Source of the DNA: Lepidodermella squamata
Taxonomy: Eukaryota; Animalia; Gastrotricha
NCBI GenBank assembly: GCA_047495785.1
Contig: JBLDXI010000042.1
Span: 1,860,001 to 1,924,000, forward strand
Direction: 5' to 3'
Length of the DNA stretch: 64,000 bases
In this document: positions 61,378 to 64,000 of the stretch, piece by piece
Layout: each line of letters opens with the position of its first letter
How positions within the stretch are numbered: the first letter of the stretch is position 1
The notes under the pieces: generated by a model
The model's input: the letters and a program-made list of their open reading frames with translations, nothing else
Database searches by the model: none
What the model was told of the DNA's origin: nothing
Made by a program: the position numbers and the translations under genes

Positions 61378-61830
61378 ATCTACTCAAAAATGATTTGCAC
61401 ATTTCAGGGCTATCGAATGAAATGTGACTCGTTGTATTAGTTATAGTTTTATTTGTCTTCTACGCAGGCCGTAAGAATAATGGAAAAATCGAAAAAACTC
61501 ATAAAAAAACCGTTTTCGATGGTGTGATTTCCTATTTCAAGTTGGGAAATCAAAAAATCCACTCGACTCGAAGCAATATACGCATTACAGGCTAACAAAT
61601 GATATATGACTCATTGGATTCCTAACAACTTTTTTCTTCAACATGGGTCGTTTAAAAATCGAAAAATGCGCGAAAATAGTGGTCTTTATTGCTTAAAATA
61701 TCATTTCGAGTTTTTTTTTTCGGAAATCCACTCGACTCAAATCAATTTTCAAATTACAGGCTATCGATAGATGTGTGACTCATTGGATTCCTAACAACTT
61801 TTTTCTTCAACATAGGTCGTTGAAAAATGC
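61378..61830. repeat. ~170-bp tandem repeat (2 good copies plus 1 diverged)
   Basis: AATCCACTCGACTC...TGACTCATTGGATTCCTAACAACTTTTTTCTTCAACAT at ~61556 and ~61726. Confidence 0.75.
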
Positions 61831-61964
61831 TGAATTTTACATGGAAATGCTTGTAAAGTGGCTAGTAAAGTCGCACAACATGGGCCGGCACAACATGTGG
61901 GACATATGTTGACATACGTATCATTTCTGTAAATCGCTTTTTATACGAGGATCGAGGATGGGTT

Positions 61965-62929
61965 TCAATGCGTTCGATGTGACAGCAAAACGCGGAACTC
62001 AAATGTTGCGCAAATGGCAAGTAAAGGTGTAGAGGAATAAGCGGGTGAAATTTGTGCGTTAACCGCTGTTTGGTTAAAACTGTATCTTAGGTATAGCAAA
62101 AGCTCATTCATCCACAATTTCATCGCGCCGCAAAAATAATCCTGAATAAAAATCATAATAATAGTTTACTGATGTCGATAACATTTTGTTGTGGTCTCGC
62201 CTGTGTCCGCGGTCAATTTTTACTTCGGTTTGCCTATTATTACCATAATTTTCCACAAGGCACTCCTGCCAGAACTCGGGCAGATAATACATGAGTTCTC
62301 GATTAGAGTCCGCCTTGAGCTGCACGGATTTCTCCGTCAGAATTCAGCAAACGGCCACTGCAGAAATTTGTTCTTCCATTGGTGCACAGAAATTTGTGTA
62401 ATGTTGTTGCAACCGTCTCTTACAATTCCAAGTACCCATGTGTCCATTTTGCCTGCACTACCTTGGATTCTGACCCTTCTTTTTCGTCTTCGTCTTTGAT
62501 ATCCTCACCTTGCTCGTACTCCTTCATCAAATAGTCGAATTGGGCATTCGTGACAAATAAATCAATGTCGTCATCGAAGGGGATAATATCCCCTTCTCTC
62601 ATGAAACCTTTCATCAAATAAATATCAATTTTCGCATGATTCTAATCGTCAAATAAATCCTTACCCAGTAATGTACCATAAGCTGGGACGATTTTAATTT
62701 CAAAATTTCTCAAAAAATCTCGTTGTAATCGGCTGAAAAATCTCGCTTGATCTTGCCGTTTAGCAGACCCCAGAAATAGACAGCTCAAATGCGGTGCATG
62801 ATTATCACGACCTTGCTTATCCCATTCCTTACCGTATTGCATCGATATGATTCCTGTGTTTCTGGAATAATAATTGTCCGTACAACTGGAGGCGGCCATC
62901 ACAATGCTAGCAATATAAGATGCAAGCAA
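61965..62929 (-). CDS. LicD/fukutin-related nucleotidyltransferase-fold protein (exon structure unresolved, possibly pseudogene)
   Basis: AYGTLLG|..REGDIIPFDDDIDL LicD signature; LPEFWQECLVENYG downstream. Confidence 0.7.
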
Positions 62930-64000
62930 GCAAGTATGGCAAGATATTTGAGCGATTTATAAAAGTGGACTACTTGCCTTTCATTAGCTTTCAATGGATA
63001 GATGCGACTGTTAACTTACAGGTGCGTGCATGGGATCTCAATGGTCAATAGCGACGAATCTATACCATTCACGTTATGCCGCCCATTGTGTAACGAATCT
63101 TCATTCCAAAGGAGCGGACGATTCACCTTTCAAGGGGTCGAGATCACAAAACTCATTTGCGCTCATTCAGGGATGAAATAATAGGTATCTTAGCAACAGT
63201 GTCTTAACTCGGGTGCTGCTTATCAACATCAAAAATGACTCATGAGAATGTTCTCGGTTCCTTGTGTAATGCCAGTGAAACTGTTTTTCCTGTGTTATTC
63301 TGTCCCAAAGTCGCGAAATCAATGAAATAAATAACCGCAATTGCCGTTAGCCAAACCTTTAGCTTCAAGACAGAATCCTTTCCTGCGGAAAAAAACGTCT
63401 TGGTTACGGTTTTTTTTACCCACGTTGCCGCTGGGTCGTTACTAGGCGCCCTGTTTTCTGGAGCATTCCCTAGACAAAGGAGCCTTGTTTGGGTTACAGA
63501 TCCTTTGAACTGATGTTTGAGTTGGTACAATTTTGTATTCAGCCAATTAAATTCAGAAATTCTTGTTTAAAATAAAGTGCCCGCCTGGGTGAAGACAAGG
63601 TTTCGGAACTCCAAAAATGCCAGTAGGAATGCGGGGTCGTTTTTATTCTGCACGAAGGATTAGCATTTTCACGTAGCTCAACTAAACGATGGAGATATGA
63701 GTTGGTCACCAATAAAAAATGTATTTTAGGTTAATCACGATATTAGAAGCTGGAAAGAAGGACAACTGAGAAATCAGAGTTATGACATCAATTCAACCAG
63801 CTCGAAATCATTTAGCTCGGCAAGTGCTGGCTAGTATTTTTTTCTTTCGAACGCTGCGCCACATTTAGTGCATATCATCAGATTGCCATTAGTTCGCCGC
63901 CAGCAATGATTTGCGGCGTAATACCCTCCTCCACGTGCTGGACCTGTCCACGCGCCTGGGCAGCCACTCATTGGCCAACTATATTTATATTAATTCACCT

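Noticed and set aside
56200-61400. Polinton capsid, ATPase or integrase genes downstream of polB
   Set aside because: Only short fragmented ORFs; no Walker A, integrase or capsid motif recognisable

Overview
Eukaryotic (metazoan-type) DNA with compact genes and mostly ~48-70 nt GT-AG introns; the species cannot be named from the sequence. About 1-30.5 kb is gene-dense: two GABA-B-like class C GPCR paralogs, a large astacin-EGF-CUB-kringle-C-type lectin gene whose zinc ligands are replaced, a CEPT/CPT phosphotransferase with an antisense ORF in its intron, a STELLO/DUF288-like gene, an ankyrin gene, several small secreted Cys-rich genes (including a spliced double-knottin absent from the ORF track) and rearranged LINE/Gypsy debris. 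About 31-56 kb is a nested mobile-element island: a decayed CMC-like transposase split by an intact-looking DD35D pogo element; a ~11 kb divergent Helitron-like module (OTU, HUH Rep, PIF1 helicase, C-terminal GIY-YIG nuclease, plus a separate putative OB-fold gene) with several lesions; an apparently intact six-exon RAG1/Transib-like DDE transposase; and a Polinton-type pPolB relic split by a MITE. A LicD-family gene lies near the end. All splice models were assembled by hand and all family calls rest on motif recognition, not database searches.
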